From the NCBI GenBank assembly GCA_964505555.1, contig CAZDIO010000125.1, positions 3,088-67,087 on the forward strand: a DNA stretch of 64,000 nt. The letters run 5' to 3'. This DNA is from an uncultured Bdellovibrionales bacterium (GTDB lineage Bacteria; Bdellovibrionota_C; UBA2361; SZUA-149; CAZDIO01). Below the pieces are notes generated by a model. The model saw only the letters and a program-made list of their open reading frames with translations, was not told the DNA's origin and did not search any database. This document shows, piece by piece, positions 41,153 through 51,182 of the stretch (position 1 is its first letter; every line of letters begins with the position of its first letter). The position numbers were made by a program, and so were the translations under genes.

Positions 41153-42247
41153 TCAAGGAACCTCTTCGGTTGCCATTATCTCCAATAAATCATCCATTTG
41201 CCAAGGTTTCGGTAAAAACTTGTTTACCCCAATTGCCTTAAACTGCTCTTTATGATCTCCAGCGCTCGTGCCAATAATTTTTACTTGAGGACGAAGTCCC
41301 AGAACTTTGGCAACGAATTCCTGAGGATCGGAATTGCCCATTTCAAAATCAAGCACCACCTGTTCGATTTCAGAATCATGAGCAAAAAGCCTAATCGCTT
41401 CTTCATGAGTTTCTGCTGTATGACACACACACTTGAGTTCACGAAGAACGTCAACAATTAAGCGCCGAGCAAGCTCAGAGTCATCGACTATTAAAAAATG
41501 TCCTTTCAGAGGGAGCACTCGAGGCTCAGGAATTCCCAGTAATCTACATACCGTTGGGTTGTGCCGTAATGAAATATCTTTTTCATAGAGAATAATATAG
41601 GTTTTTTTTCCTAATTTTCCCACCTCTCGCGAACGCACTAACCACCGAACTCCATCTTGTTCAATTGGAGTCAACGAGACCCACCGTTCTGACGTGGCTT
41701 TTAAACTTTTCTGCTCTTCAGCAGAGAATAACTCATCGATACCCTTTACAAACATTCCGGGAATAGTTCTTCCCATCATCTCTTCAGCAGTGGCATTAGC
41801 AAAAAGAATCTTCCCCCGTCGATCCGTTTCTAAAAATCCCACCAATGATGCATGACTCCACCAAGTTCTCTTTTTTGAGGCTCGCTCCACAGCAAGACGA
41901 ATTTCTTTGAGAGGAAATGGTTTTTCGAGAAAATCAAAAACGGCTGCCTGCGTAGCCTCATTACGGAGATCCGACGAAACATATCCGGAAATAAGAATCG
42001 TCTGAACAGAGGGACAAACAAGTTTTAGTGCTTCAGCTACATCAAGACCATGGATATGATCGCGAAGCATCCAATCTGTCACCAGCACATCGGGCCGAAC
42101 AAGGCTTCCGATCTCAACTGCCTCTCTTCCGCTCGTTGCGAGCTTTACCTCGTGACCATCGCGCGCGAGACCAAATCCTATCTCTTCACAGTAGTCCTGA
42201 ATGTCTTCAACAACTAAAACAACTGACATAACGCTCCATAATAGCAC
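41153..42247 (-). CDS. REC-PAS-REC dual-receiver signalling protein (paralog of 38676..39812)
   Basis: Same architecture (VVLVVEDIQD…LVTDWML; FLIVDDSELARR…VVLDFEM) and collinear similarity to the 378-aa protein. Confidence 0.65.
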   Translation of the reverse strand: MLLWSVMSVVLVVEDIQDYCEEIGFGLARDGHEVKLATSGREAVEIGSLVRPDVLVTDWMLRDHIHGLDVAEALKLVCPSVQTILISGYVSSDLRNEATQAAVFDFLEKPFPLKEIRLAVERASKKRTWWSHASLVGFLETDRRGKILFANATAEEMMGRTIPGMFVKGIDELFSAEEQKSLKATSERWVSLTPIEQDGVRWLVRSREVGKLGKKTYIILYEKDISLRHNPTVCRLLGIPEPRVLPLKGHFLIVDDSELARRLIVDVLRELKCVCHTAETHEEAIRLFAHDSEIEQVVLDFEMGNSDPQEFVAKVLGLRPQVKIIGTSAGDHKEQFKAIGVNKFLPKPWQMDDLLEIMATEEVP

Positions 42248-42503
42248 GGTTCAACCACCCAATGTGCGAATATTTTTTTATAGCGTTTGCCAAAATTTAA
42301 ATTATTAAGGTTCCCTCTCGTAATAACGCCCCACCTTACACATCATGACTTTTGCCAATCAGTATAAGCGAGAAGATTTCTCCCTAATTACAATTACTAT
42401 GCTGTTCTTAACGTATGAGACTTGTTTAAAAAAATTTTATTCTGGGGTGAGCCAAATAAAACCGGAGGGGATCCTTGCCGAAATAATCAAAAGAGAGGGG
42501 TTT

Positions 42504-43166
42504 TTAATACCTTCCCTTGCCATGGCGAACGATCTCTCCCTCATTCATATAGATAACATCTTCCGCGATGTTCGAGGCATGATCTGCAATACGTTCTAGG
42601 TTTTTAGAGATCGCAAGAACAAGAAGCATCTGGTCAATTTTTGAAGTATCCCGCTTCATCTCTTCCTTTACTAAGGTATACACCTTGCGATTAATCTCAT
42701 CTATCTCCGTATCTGAAGCAAGAACGGCAGTTGCCTGGGTACTATCCATCTCCACAAGGCATTGCAGGCTATTTTCCAGGGTTCTCTTCGTTTTCTCCAC
42801 CATCTCATTAATTAAAGGGATATTAAGCGGGGTACCAAGAAAGGTGAGATTCTTAGCCCGCTGTGCAATGTTTACTGCCAAATCACCAATTCGCTCAAGA
42901 TCACTATTCATTTTTAACACCGCAACAATAAATCGAAGATCAATTGCTACTGGCTGATGAAGCGCCAAAAGCTTTAGACATTCCTCTTCTAAATCTACTT
43001 CATACGTATCAATCTCGCGATCTCCCTCGATCACCTCCCCCGCAAGTTTATCGTTAAGAACAATAATTGCAGCGGTTGCTTTTTCAACTCGTTGTTGAAC
43101 AAGGATTCCCAATTCGATAATTCTTTTCTTCAGATTGAGGACTTCATGTTGTAAATGTCTTGTCAT
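42504..43166 (-). CDS. phoU: Phosphate signalling complex protein PhoU
   Basis: 220 aa with the two PhoU repeats (E.DLERIGDLAVNIA / E.NLERIADHASNIAE). Confidence 0.9.
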   Translation of the reverse strand: MTRHLQHEVLNLKKRIIELGILVQQRVEKATAAIIVLNDKLAGEVIEGDREIDTYEVDLEEECLKLLALHQPVAIDLRFIVAVLKMNSDLERIGDLAVNIAQRAKNLTFLGTPLNIPLINEMVEKTKRTLENSLQCLVEMDSTQATAVLASDTEIDEINRKVYTLVKEEMKRDTSKIDQMLLVLAISKNLERIADHASNIAEDVIYMNEGEIVRHGKGRY

Positions 43167-43176
43167 ACACCTCTTT

Positions 43177-43986
43177 TTAACCGAATCGGCCCGTCACATA
43201 ATCTTCTGTTTCTTGTTTCTGTGGATTTGTAAAGATTGTCTTTGTTTTATCAAACTCTACGAGCCTCCCTTCGTAAAAAAAGGCGGTAAAGTCAGAAACT
43301 CGTGCGGCTTGTTGCATATTGTGGGTAACGATCACAATGGAGTACTCTGTGCGAAGCTCATTGATCAGATCTTCAATCTTTGCTGTTGAGCGGGGATCGA
43401 GCGCAGAGGCGGGCTCATCCATGAGTAAGATCTCCGGATTTACCGCAAGGGCACGAGCGATGCACAAGCGTTGTTGTTGTCCACCAGAGAGACTAAAGGC
43501 ACTTGACCTAAGTCTGTCTTTTACCTCATTCCAAAGATCTGCTCGCTTGAGACTCCCTTCGACAATCTCCTCAAGCTGCTTGCGATCATTTACCTGGTGT
43601 AACCTCGGTCCATAAGCAACGTTATCAAAAATTGATTTTGGAAAAGGGTTACTCCTTTGAAACACCATCCCCACTTTTTTTCGCAAAAATACAAGGTCAA
43701 CTTTCTCCCGATAGATATCAATCTCTCCAATCTGCACACTCCCCTCAAGGCGCGTATTGGGAATGAGATCGTTCATCCGATTCAGTGTTCGAAGAAATGT
43801 AGACTTCCCGCATCCGGAAGGCCCAATGAGCGCCGTTACCGCATTTGAGGCGATCTCTACATTCACATCGAAGAGGGCTTGCTTTTGTCCATAGAAAAAA
43901 TTCAACTCCTTGACTCTGACGCTCACTCGTCTCTGCTCTGTAATTGGTTTCTCCATCGGAACCTCTAGAACGTTTAGTAATCTCAT
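43177..43986 (-). CDS. pstB: Phosphate ABC transporter ATP-binding protein PstB
   Basis: Walker [10 protein letters not shown], the signature [15 protein letters not shown], and Walker [12 protein letters not shown]. Confidence 0.9.
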   Translation of the reverse strand: MRLLNVLEVPMEKPITEQRRVSVRVKELNFFYGQKQALFDVNVEIASNAVTALIGPSGCGKSTFLRTLNRMNDLIPNTRLEGSVQIGEIDIYREKVDLVFLRKKVGMVFQRSNPFPKSIFDNVAYGPRLHQVNDRKQLEEIVEGSLKRADLWNEVKDRLRSSAFSLSGGQQQRLCIARALAVNPEILLMDEPASALDPRSTAKIEDLINELRTEYSIVIVTHNMQQAARVSDFTAFFYEGRLVEFDKTKTIFTNPQKQETEDYVTGRFG

Positions 43987-43992
43987 AGATCG

Positions 43993-44847
43993 TTAAAAAT
44001 CATATCTTTTTTCAAACTTTGCACGAAGGAGTACCGCAATACAATTCATTGTCAACAAAAGTGAAAGAAGTACAACAATAGCCGCAGCAGCATTTGCATG
44101 AAACGCTTCCTGTGGACGAGAGGTCCAGTTAAACGCTTGAATCGGAAGAGCCGTAAAGGAAGAAAAAAGCCCATCTGGAATAAAGGCCACATAGGTCAGG
44201 GCTCCAATAGTAATGAGTGGCGCCGTTTCACCGATCGCACGAGAAAACGCTAGAATGCACCCGGTAAAAATCCCTGGAAGTGCCGCAGGAACCACCTGAT
44301 CACGCACAACCTCCCACTTACTTGCACCAAGAGCGTAGGCAGCCTCTCGAAAGGTATAGGGGACTCGACGAATGGCTTCACGCGCAGCGATAATGATCAC
44401 CGGCATTATTAATAAAGAGAGCGTAAATGCTCCCGTAAGCAGACTCCGTTCCAAGCGAAACGTCCTTACAAATAGCTGTAAACCAAGGATTCCATAAATG
44501 ATTGAGGGAACAGCAGCAAGATTTGCAATATTAAGTTCAATAAAACGGGTCAATCGGTTCTGAGGTGCATATTCCTCTAAATACACGGCCGCTCCTATTC
44601 CAAGAGGAGCACTAATCACCGCGGTAAGGAGCATCAAATAGACTGAACCAGTAAGTGCCGAAGCAATACCAGCTTTCTCCGGGTGCCGAGAGGGAAAAGC
44701 AGTGAAAAACGATCCTTGCAGACGCGGAAGTGCGTCATAGAGAATATCCACTACCAAAGTAGCAAGCATTAACACTGAAAGTGAAAGTGCAAACACTCCT
44801 GCGAATCGAAATAAGTGTTCAGCCTGTTTTCTTGCTAAGAATCTCAT
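43993..44847 (-). CDS. pstA: Phosphate ABC transporter permease PstA
   Basis: 284 aa, 6 TMs, with the [12 protein letters not shown] permease motif. Confidence 0.9.
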   Translation of the reverse strand: MRFLARKQAEHLFRFAGVFALSLSVLMLATLVVDILYDALPRLQGSFFTAFPSRHPEKAGIASALTGSVYLMLLTAVISAPLGIGAAVYLEEYAPQNRLTRFIELNIANLAAVPSIIYGILGLQLFVRTFRLERSLLTGAFTLSLLIMPVIIIAAREAIRRVPYTFREAAYALGASKWEVVRDQVVPAALPGIFTGCILAFSRAIGETAPLITIGALTYVAFIPDGLFSSFTALPIQAFNWTSRPQEAFHANAAAAIVVLLSLLLTMNCIAVLLRAKFEKRYDF

Positions 44848-44855
44848 CCGTTTCT

Positions 44856-45812
44856 TTATGAAAATCTGCGCTTAAAGCGACTTCTCATGTACAAACTAAA
44901 AAGATTTAATAGTAAGGTAATAACAAACAATGCTCCTCCTACGGCAAATATTGTTTTGTATTCAAGCGTACCGTGCGGTGTGTCACCAAGAGAAATTTGG
45001 ACAATATATGCTGTCATCGTCTCGACCCCTTGAAGGGGATTGAAAGAAAGTCGTGGTTGTTGGCCTGCAGCGATGGCGACGATCATGGTTTCTCCAACCG
45101 CTCGTGACATCGCAAGAACAAAAGCTGCCATAATCCCCCCAAACGAGGACGGCACAAGAACACCAAAGATCATCTGCAACTTAGAAGCTCCGAGTGCATA
45201 TGCCCCTTCTTTTAGATTTCTTGGCACTGAATAAAAAGCATCTTCACTGAGAGAGGCCACCATCGGAAGAATCATAATCCCCATTACAATTCCTGGACTT
45301 AATGCATTAAACCCTGAAAGATTTGGAATGAATCTCTGCAAGAGAGGGGTAACAAAAAGTAGAGCAAAATATCCAAAAACTACGGTAGGGATGCCCGCGA
45401 GCACCTCTAGAATCGGCTTTAATATTCCACGCACCCGCGCACTTGCAAACTCACTCAGGTAGATGGCACTCATCAGACCCATTGGCAACGCCACAGTAAG
45501 TGCAATAATTGATGTCAAAAATGTCCCCGATACTAATGGCAGGATTCCAAAATGTTTATCTGCAAAAAGAGGGGTCCACTGGGTATCAAACAGGAAATCG
45601 GTAATCGGCACATCAACAAAAAACGAGCCCGCCTCAATCACAAGAACAAGAACAATACCGAGCGTGGTAAACACGGAAATACACGCACAGAAAAAAAGCA
45701 TTAGCCGAATCGATTCTTCCTTAATCCTTTTTAACGAAGCAACACGCAGTCGGCGCACTTCGGTAAAGACAGGAGTGTCAATGCTTGTTTCTGTCATGGA
45801 AGGATCCATCAC
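44856..45812 (-). CDS. pstC: Phosphate ABC transporter permease PstC
   Basis: 318 aa with the [12 protein letters not shown] motif, upstream of pstA. Confidence 0.9.
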   Translation of the reverse strand: MMDPSMTETSIDTPVFTEVRRLRVASLKRIKEESIRLMLFFCACISVFTTLGIVLVLVIEAGSFFVDVPITDFLFDTQWTPLFADKHFGILPLVSGTFLTSIIALTVALPMGLMSAIYLSEFASARVRGILKPILEVLAGIPTVVFGYFALLFVTPLLQRFIPNLSGFNALSPGIVMGIMILPMVASLSEDAFYSVPRNLKEGAYALGASKLQMIFGVLVPSSFGGIMAAFVLAMSRAVGETMIVAIAAGQQPRLSFNPLQGVETMTAYIVQISLGDTPHGTLEYKTIFAVGGALFVITLLLNLFSLYMRSRFKRRFS

Positions 45813-45845
45813 TTACTGAGGGAGATAGATAGGAGCGAGTTTTTT

Positions 45846-45934
45846 AATGAACACAGGGTTTCACAGAGATCCACAGAGTCAGAATATTCGATTTTATTCT
45901 TTACTCTGTGAAACTCCGTGAACTCTGTGTTCAA
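45846..45934. repeat. Palindromic dispersed repeat, copy C (REP/MITE-like, CACAGAG family)
   Basis: gaacacagggtttcacagag…ctctgtgaaactccgtgaactctgtgttc: imperfect long inverted arms around a loop gaatattcgattttattc. Intergenic between pstC and pstS. Confidence 0.7.
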
Positions 45935-45959
45935 AAAATCTTATCTTACTGCCGTTTGA

Positions 45960-46979
45960 CTACTGCTCTTTTTTTAACAACTCAGCAAGGGTCATTCCCA
46001 CATGGTTTCCACCCTGAGTAAAAACGGTGCCAATAATGGACTTATTAAACCTTCCCTCAGCGAGATTATAAACTTCGGAGGGAAGCTGCACGTAGCCTAC
46101 TTCATTTGATAATGTTGATACATTCTTCAAATAGAAGGAAACAAACTCCTTCACAGCAGGACGATCAAGTGCTTTCTTACTCACATAGATAAACAGTGGG
46201 CGAGATAATGGCTGATACAATCCCTTAACCACGTTTTCTTTTGTGGGTGATTGTGGACCTTTGCCATTAGCTTCTTTTTCATCATCAATTGCCAATGCCT
46301 TTAATTTGCCTTTATTCTCTTCATAGTATGCCATTCCAAAAAATCCGAGAGCATTTGGATCACTCGCAATTCCCTGAACAAGCACATTGTCATCCTCACT
46401 ACTGGTGAAGTCACCTCTACTAGAATGCTCTTTTCCCACCACAGCTTCTGTAAAGTAGTCGTACGTCCCGGAATCAACCCCTGCTCCAAAAAGAACAAGT
46501 GGTTTATTTGGCCAATCCGCTCGAATTTGATTCCACGTAGTAATCTTTCCCTGAGCTTCAGGTTCCCAGATCTTTTTTAGCTCGGCTACCGTGATTGAAT
46601 TCGCCCAGGTGTTGTCCTTACTGACGATTACCGAGAGCGCATCATAGGCAACAGGAAGCTCCACAAACTCTACCCCGTTATCCTTACAGAGTTGAAGTTC
46701 CGTTTCTTTTATTGGTCGTGAGGCATCAGAAATATCGGTCTCTCCTGCACAGAACTTTTTAAATCCACCCCCAGTTCCTGAGATACCCACGGTAATTTTG
46801 ATCTCTTTGTTTTTTGAACCAAACTCCTCTGCAACTGCTTCAGTAATTGGATACACAGTACTCGAGCCATCAACTCGGATCATATCTGTCCCCATGGTGG
46901 TGGGCGCAGCAGATACCGATTGTGAAAGGAGAATGCCCGTAAGGAATGCTACATACTTCAGATTGCCATCTTTTTTCAT
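45960..46979 (-). CDS. pstS: Phosphate-binding periplasmic protein PstS
   Basis: PBP fold ([16 protein letters not shown]…[11 protein letters not shown]). The likely start is [10 protein letters not shown]…, giving a signal peptide. The ORF-track start at 47045 is an upstream extension. Confidence 0.85.
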   Translation of the reverse strand: MKKDGNLKYVAFLTGILLSQSVSAAPTTMGTDMIRVDGSSTVYPITEAVAEEFGSKNKEIKITVGISGTGGGFKKFCAGETDISDASRPIKETELQLCKDNGVEFVELPVAYDALSVIVSKDNTWANSITVAELKKIWEPEAQGKITTWNQIRADWPNKPLVLFGAGVDSGTYDYFTEAVVGKEHSSRGDFTSSEDDNVLVQGIASDPNALGFFGMAYYEENKGKLKALAIDDEKEANGKGPQSPTKENVVKGLYQPLSRPLFIYVSKKALDRPAVKEFVSFYLKNVSTLSNEVGYVQLPSEVYNLAEGRFNKSIIGTVFTQGGNHVGMTLAELLKKEQ

Positions 46980-47126
46980 ATTCCCATGCCTTTTTCTTTC
47001 AACTGTCCTAAATAAATAATAACAATACGCTATTACTGCGCGCACAGTGCAGTAGTTTTGTTAGGGTATTATTAGGAGAATGCTAGAAGTTTTTCAAGTT
47101 CCGGAGAGAATGGCAAAAAACTGAGC

Positions 47127-48188
47127 TTATTTGATCTCCGGCAGGGGCAAATGAATTGAAAACGTACTGCCTTGTCCCATTTCACTCTTCACATCAACGT
47201 TTCCGTTATGAATACTTGCTACGTGCTTAACGATGGCTAAACCAAGACCAGTACCTCCCATCTTTCGACTCCGGGCCTTATCAACTCGATAGAATCTCTC
47301 AAAAATTCGTGCGAGGTGCTCATCAGAAATCCCCGGACCCCGATCTTGAACTTCAATGATAATCTCTTCTTTAGTGCGAATTCCTTTAATGGTAACGGTA
47401 GTGTTGTTCCCACTATATTTCACTGCATTATCAATAAGATTAATAACCGCTTGCTCAAGGAGTGATCGATCAACCACCACGTTCAATAGTGGGTCACATT
47501 CTACCCGCAACGTAATTGACTTTGCTGCAGCTCCACCCCGACAAACTTCAGAAGCGGCATTTAAAATATCACGCACCTTCTCTGTTTCAAGAACAAGAAA
47601 CTCCTGTTCAGATTCACTCTCTAACCGCGCCAGTGTCAATAAGTCTTCGACGATCGCATGTAAGCGATCTGCTTGCACCGACATGATCCGCAAAAACCGC
47701 CGAGCATCTTCTTTATTATCCATCGCTCCATCAAGGAGGGTTTCCACAAATCCCTTAATCGAAGTAATTGGGGTCTTAAGCTCGTGAGATACGTTTGCTA
47801 CAAAATCCCTTCTTACCTTCTCAAGAAGTTTGAGGCGCGTTACATCATTAACAATAATCAACATACCAAATAATTCTCCTTCCTGACCGCGAAGCGCGGT
47901 GCTCCGAAGGGTAAAATACTCCTCATCTCCACTGCGAAGTGTTATCTCTGCTCCAGACTCCACAGCAAGCGCCGAATCATTGGAAAAAAACCGCTTTAAT
48001 CCTTCATCTCTCACCACCTGATCTATTCGCTTTCCTAAAATGGCCTCATCATCAACATCAAGAAACTTTGAGGCAGCTTTATTCGTATGAACCACAAGAT
48101 ATTCTGCATCCAGAATTAATACCCCCTCGGTCATACTCGAAAGCATGGTCTCAAGTGAGAGTTCTTTTGCGCGGGGATCAAGTGTCAT
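47127..48188 (-). CDS. phoR: Phosphate regulon sensor kinase PhoR (soluble PAS-HK, no TM segment)
   Basis: PAS (EGVLILDAEYLVVHTNKAA), HisKA (VSHELKTPITSIKGF) and HATPase (GTGLGLAIVKHVASIHNG). No hydrophobic segments. Confidence 0.85.
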   Translation of the reverse strand: MTLDPRAKELSLETMLSSMTEGVLILDAEYLVVHTNKAASKFLDVDDEAILGKRIDQVVRDEGLKRFFSNDSALAVESGAEITLRSGDEEYFTLRSTALRGQEGELFGMLIIVNDVTRLKLLEKVRRDFVANVSHELKTPITSIKGFVETLLDGAMDNKEDARRFLRIMSVQADRLHAIVEDLLTLARLESESEQEFLVLETEKVRDILNAASEVCRGGAAAKSITLRVECDPLLNVVVDRSLLEQAVINLIDNAVKYSGNNTTVTIKGIRTKEEIIIEVQDRGPGISDEHLARIFERFYRVDKARSRKMGGTGLGLAIVKHVASIHNGNVDVKSEMGQGSTFSIHLPLPEIK

Positions 48189-48871
48189 TCTTTAAAGCGA
48201 TATCCTACACCACGAACGGTTTCAATATATTTTCCAACCGGTCCAAGCTTCTTTCTCAATCCCACAATCTGCACATCCACCGCACGATCGGTAACCGGAT
48301 AATCTTTTCCCTTAATAGCATCAACAATCTGATACCTTGTAAAAACCCATCCCGGATGCCTTGCAAGAAAATGAAGAATTTGAAACTCCGTTAAGGTTAA
48401 AGGGATCGGCTCCTCCTGAATTAATACCTCATGCCTTCCGGGATGAATCGTAATCTCATGCACCCGAAGCACCGCCTCACTATCAAGAGGCTCTGCTTGC
48501 CGACGCCGAATCACCGCTTTTACCCGAGCAATAAGGATTCTGGGACTAAAGGGTTTTGTAATATAGTCATCCGCTCCAAGTTCAAGTCCCGTAACAATAT
48601 CACTCTCTTCACCTTTGGCAGAAACCATCATGATCGGAATGTCCCGAGTCTCTTCGTCGTTTTTTAAAATACGACACACATCGAGACCATCGATCCCGGG
48701 TAGCATTAAATCAAGAACTATCAGATCCGGAATCTGCACCCGCGCTAAACGCAACCCCTCCTCTCCAGAGGTAACCCCAGAGACCCCAAACTGTTCCTTT
48801 GTAAGATTATAACGAACAAGTTCGAGGATATCCTCCTCATCTTCAATTACAAGAATGTTCTGTTGAGCCAT
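48185..48871 (-). CDS. phoB: Phosphate regulon response regulator PhoB (OmpR family)
   Basis: Receiver (ILVIEDEED…LIVLDLMLPG) and winged helix (GVGYRF). Overlaps phoR by 4 nt. Confidence 0.85.
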   Translation of the reverse strand: MAQQNILVIEDEEDILELVRYNLTKEQFGVSGVTSGEEGLRLARVQIPDLIVLDLMLPGIDGLDVCRILKNDEETRDIPIMMVSAKGEESDIVTGLELGADDYITKPFSPRILIARVKAVIRRRQAEPLDSEAVLRVHEITIHPGRHEVLIQEEPIPLTLTEFQILHFLARHPGWVFTRYQIVDAIKGKDYPVTDRAVDVQIVGLRKKLGPVGKYIETVRGVGYRFKE

Positions 48872-48975
48872 GAGGGTATCTGCGCAAATGAATGTTAGCG
48901 GCGTGTTTGGTCTCTGTTAAAAGTTCATAACACACCCCAGGCCACGGCCATAAGTTAAGGATCTGAAGAAAGATT

Positions 48976-49050
48976 TATAGGACCACAGAGTCACAGAGAA
49001 GATCAATAAAATCTTTTTTCTCTGTGCCTCTGCGTCTCTGTGGTTCTATA
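48976..49050. repeat. Palindromic dispersed repeat, copy A (short variant of copy B)
   Basis: tataggaccacagagtcacagagaagatcaataaaatcttttttctctgtgcctctgcgtctctgtggttctata. Terminal IR TATAGnACCACAGAG/CTCTGTGGTTCTATA. It shares the central agagaagatcaataaaatc with copy B. Confidence 0.75.
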
Positions 49051-49084
49051 AAAAATCCTTCCCTTAATGCCCGTAACCCCAGGG

Positions 49085-50527
49085 CTACTGTATAATATTA
49101 GCTCGTTTTAGTTGCAAACGCTTACGCAACCATACTTCAAGAGCCCGTGTGGCAAGCACATCATCTCGGTTATATTGAAGAATCTCCTCTTGGATTGCTT
49201 TTTGTTCCGTGAGAATCTCAGACTCAAGATATTTTAAATATCGAACAACAGACCACTGGGAACCAGATCCTTCATTTTCCCAAGAAAAGTTCACCAGACG
49301 CTTATCTTTGCAGATCTGCTTAAGACCATATCCTGTGGTTGGAAGAACAAGAGAGCGTTTTACAATTGAAAGAAGATCCACCAAGGCATCTTCTTCCTTC
49401 AAAAGAAACTTCACGATGGGATGACTCTCCATCGTGTAGCGCTGTGCATAAGCCCGAAGTTGCGCCTTTTCAAATGGCGAAAAGTGAATAAGACGCGGCT
49501 TTTCATAGTGCTTCTGGTAGTGCTCCACTGCCTGAAGAAAAGAAAGCCAACCTTGATAATCACCCTCTGGACCATCTTCACTCCATACATACTGATATTC
49601 TTTTCGGCTATACGGAGGAGGAAGCAATCCCCAGAGATAGACCTGCCCACCGTCTACTGAGGCAAAGGGGTTAAGTTCAACATCAAAGTGAATCCAGGTT
49701 CCCTCCGGCAAATCGGGAGACTCCAATTCGATCACCTCTCCTTGGAGAAAGCTTCGTGCTTGATGAATCACTCGTTGTCTCTTCTCTTGTGTCGTAAAGT
49801 ACGGCAGATCTGCCAGGTCCTCAGGAGTAGCTTCAGCAAGTTGTGAAATATTTTTAATTCCCCTTCCTTCTAGAGCACCTACATTTCGAACATCGATGCC
49901 ATAGATCAGAGTCAGCTCCCCTTGAGTATGAAATTCAGGAATACAGATCTCACTATAACCACACCCTTTACATTTGGAATGACTAAAATGTGTTTCTGGA
50001 GGGGTTTTTTGTGCAAGAATTTTTTGAAAATTTTCAAGAAAATTATCTCTTATCCCATTTGCTTCATCCCCAACCTCTTCAATGACTCCGGAACGAAGAT
50101 AACATCTTGCCGGGAGTTTACTTGAAAAGAGTAGCCGATAGAGCGCAAGTTGTAATCGAATCTCTGGATGACCAGAGAGTGAATCCGCGAGCTTTGCGTC
50201 GGCAACTATATACTCCCCAGTTTCATTACGAATCAGAAAATCAGGTTTCCCTATTAATTTTCGTTGCTCATCAATAATCACCGGCTGATAAATAACGGGA
50301 ACACCTTGCTTCATTAACTCTTGAGTGTGCGCTGGAGAGAGTGCGAGCGTAATCTCCGAGAATGAGTTCTTAATCCGTTCTTCATGTTCCATTCCCAACT
50401 TTGAAAGTAATTGCTCAAAGGGATCTTTTTCAACAAACAAATTGTCTGGGGGAAATTGATCGTACCAAAACTTGCGAACACACTCTCGCCAAGTCTTTGC
50501 AGTACCTACAGGAAGAAGAAAGCCCAT
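49085..50527 (-). CDS. TM0106-family RecB-like nuclease (N-terminal PD-(D/E)xK Cas4-like domain with a Cys cluster, plus a C-terminal RNase-H-like domain)
   Basis: GKPDFLI…ADAKLA (PD-D/ExK), CKGCGYSEIC (Fe-S/Zn Cys cluster). The C-terminal half has YGID…DV motifs of the predicted RNase H-like exonuclease fold. Confidence 0.6.
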   Translation of the reverse strand: MGFLLPVGTAKTWRECVRKFWYDQFPPDNLFVEKDPFEQLLSKLGMEHEERIKNSFSEITLALSPAHTQELMKQGVPVIYQPVIIDEQRKLIGKPDFLIRNETGEYIVADAKLADSLSGHPEIRLQLALYRLLFSSKLPARCYLRSGVIEEVGDEANGIRDNFLENFQKILAQKTPPETHFSHSKCKGCGYSEICIPEFHTQGELTLIYGIDVRNVGALEGRGIKNISQLAEATPEDLADLPYFTTQEKRQRVIHQARSFLQGEVIELESPDLPEGTWIHFDVELNPFASVDGGQVYLWGLLPPPYSRKEYQYVWSEDGPEGDYQGWLSFLQAVEHYQKHYEKPRLIHFSPFEKAQLRAYAQRYTMESHPIVKFLLKEEDALVDLLSIVKRSLVLPTTGYGLKQICKDKRLVNFSWENEGSGSQWSVVRYLKYLESEILTEQKAIQEEILQYNRDDVLATRALEVWLRKRLQLKRANIIQ

Positions 50528-50599
50528 GGTTGGATCTCTAACGAAATCTCAACACAATGAAAAGATTAAAGAGTAACGCGCATTGATAGAACGAGGAGC

Positions 50600-50854
50600 T
50601 TAGTTCGAGTTGACGTAATAATTACGAACGCTTCCTACCTCATAGCGCTCTGGTGCCGTGCGATGTTTTCCATAAACGCTTACATTTTTATACGCACTCG
50701 GACGAGAAAAAAGCTTTTCAATGATGTCTGGCTCTACCTGCGGAGACCCAAACAGTTGCGCTCCAAATATTCGTGCAAGCGAGAACAGTCCGCTTGTTTT
50801 TACTTTATACTGAAGGGAGAGATTTAACACATCTCCCTTATCCTGAGTTACCAT
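50600..50854 (-). CDS. Hypothetical small protein (84 aa)
   Basis: ORF only, no recognisable motif. Possibly a gene fragment. Confidence 0.25.
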   Translation of the reverse strand: MVTQDKGDVLNLSLQYKVKTSGLFSLARIFGAQLFGSPQVEPDIIEKLFSRPSAYKNVSVYGKHRTAPERYEVGSVRNYYVNSN

Positions 50855-51054
50855 GCCACTACCTCCACTTACCTTATTGACCGAACCGACCTTACACCCC
50901 CTTATCGGGAAAACCGGGATATTCGCTTCAGTTTTTCGTGATTTACTAGTTGTTTTAAGAGGTTATCAATGTCCGGAATATTGAAAATCTATCTTTTGAG
51001 GGGGATTGGGTCGTGAGGTAGAGCGCCTTGGTATTGGGCTACGTTAGGTTTATT

Positions 51055-51150
51055 TAACGCAGAGCACACGGAGCACACAGAGAGGAGAATTTATCCCTTT
51101 TCCCCTCTGTGTGCTCCGTGTGCTCTGCGTCTTCCTCTGTGTTAAAAACC
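51055..51150. repeat. Palindromic dispersed repeat, copy D
   Basis: Perfect 25-bp IR gcagagcacacggagcacacagagg / cctctgtgtgctccgtgtgctctgc around loop agaatttatcccttttcc. An outer IR ttaacGCAGAG/CTCTGTGttaa matches the termini of copy C. Confidence 0.75.
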
Positions 51151-51182
51151 TTATACTTATAAGCATTCAAGTCGAGACCACA

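Noticed and set aside
42345-42599. Plus-strand 84-aa ORF between the signalling cassette and phoU
   Set aside because: It overlaps the phoU 3' end antisense and has no RBS or domain. It is probably a non-coding promoter or terminator region for the cassette.
46980-47126. Pho box upstream of pstS
   Set aside because: I could not identify convincing tandem CTGTCAT-type 11-bp direct repeats by eye. The site may be divergent in this lineage.
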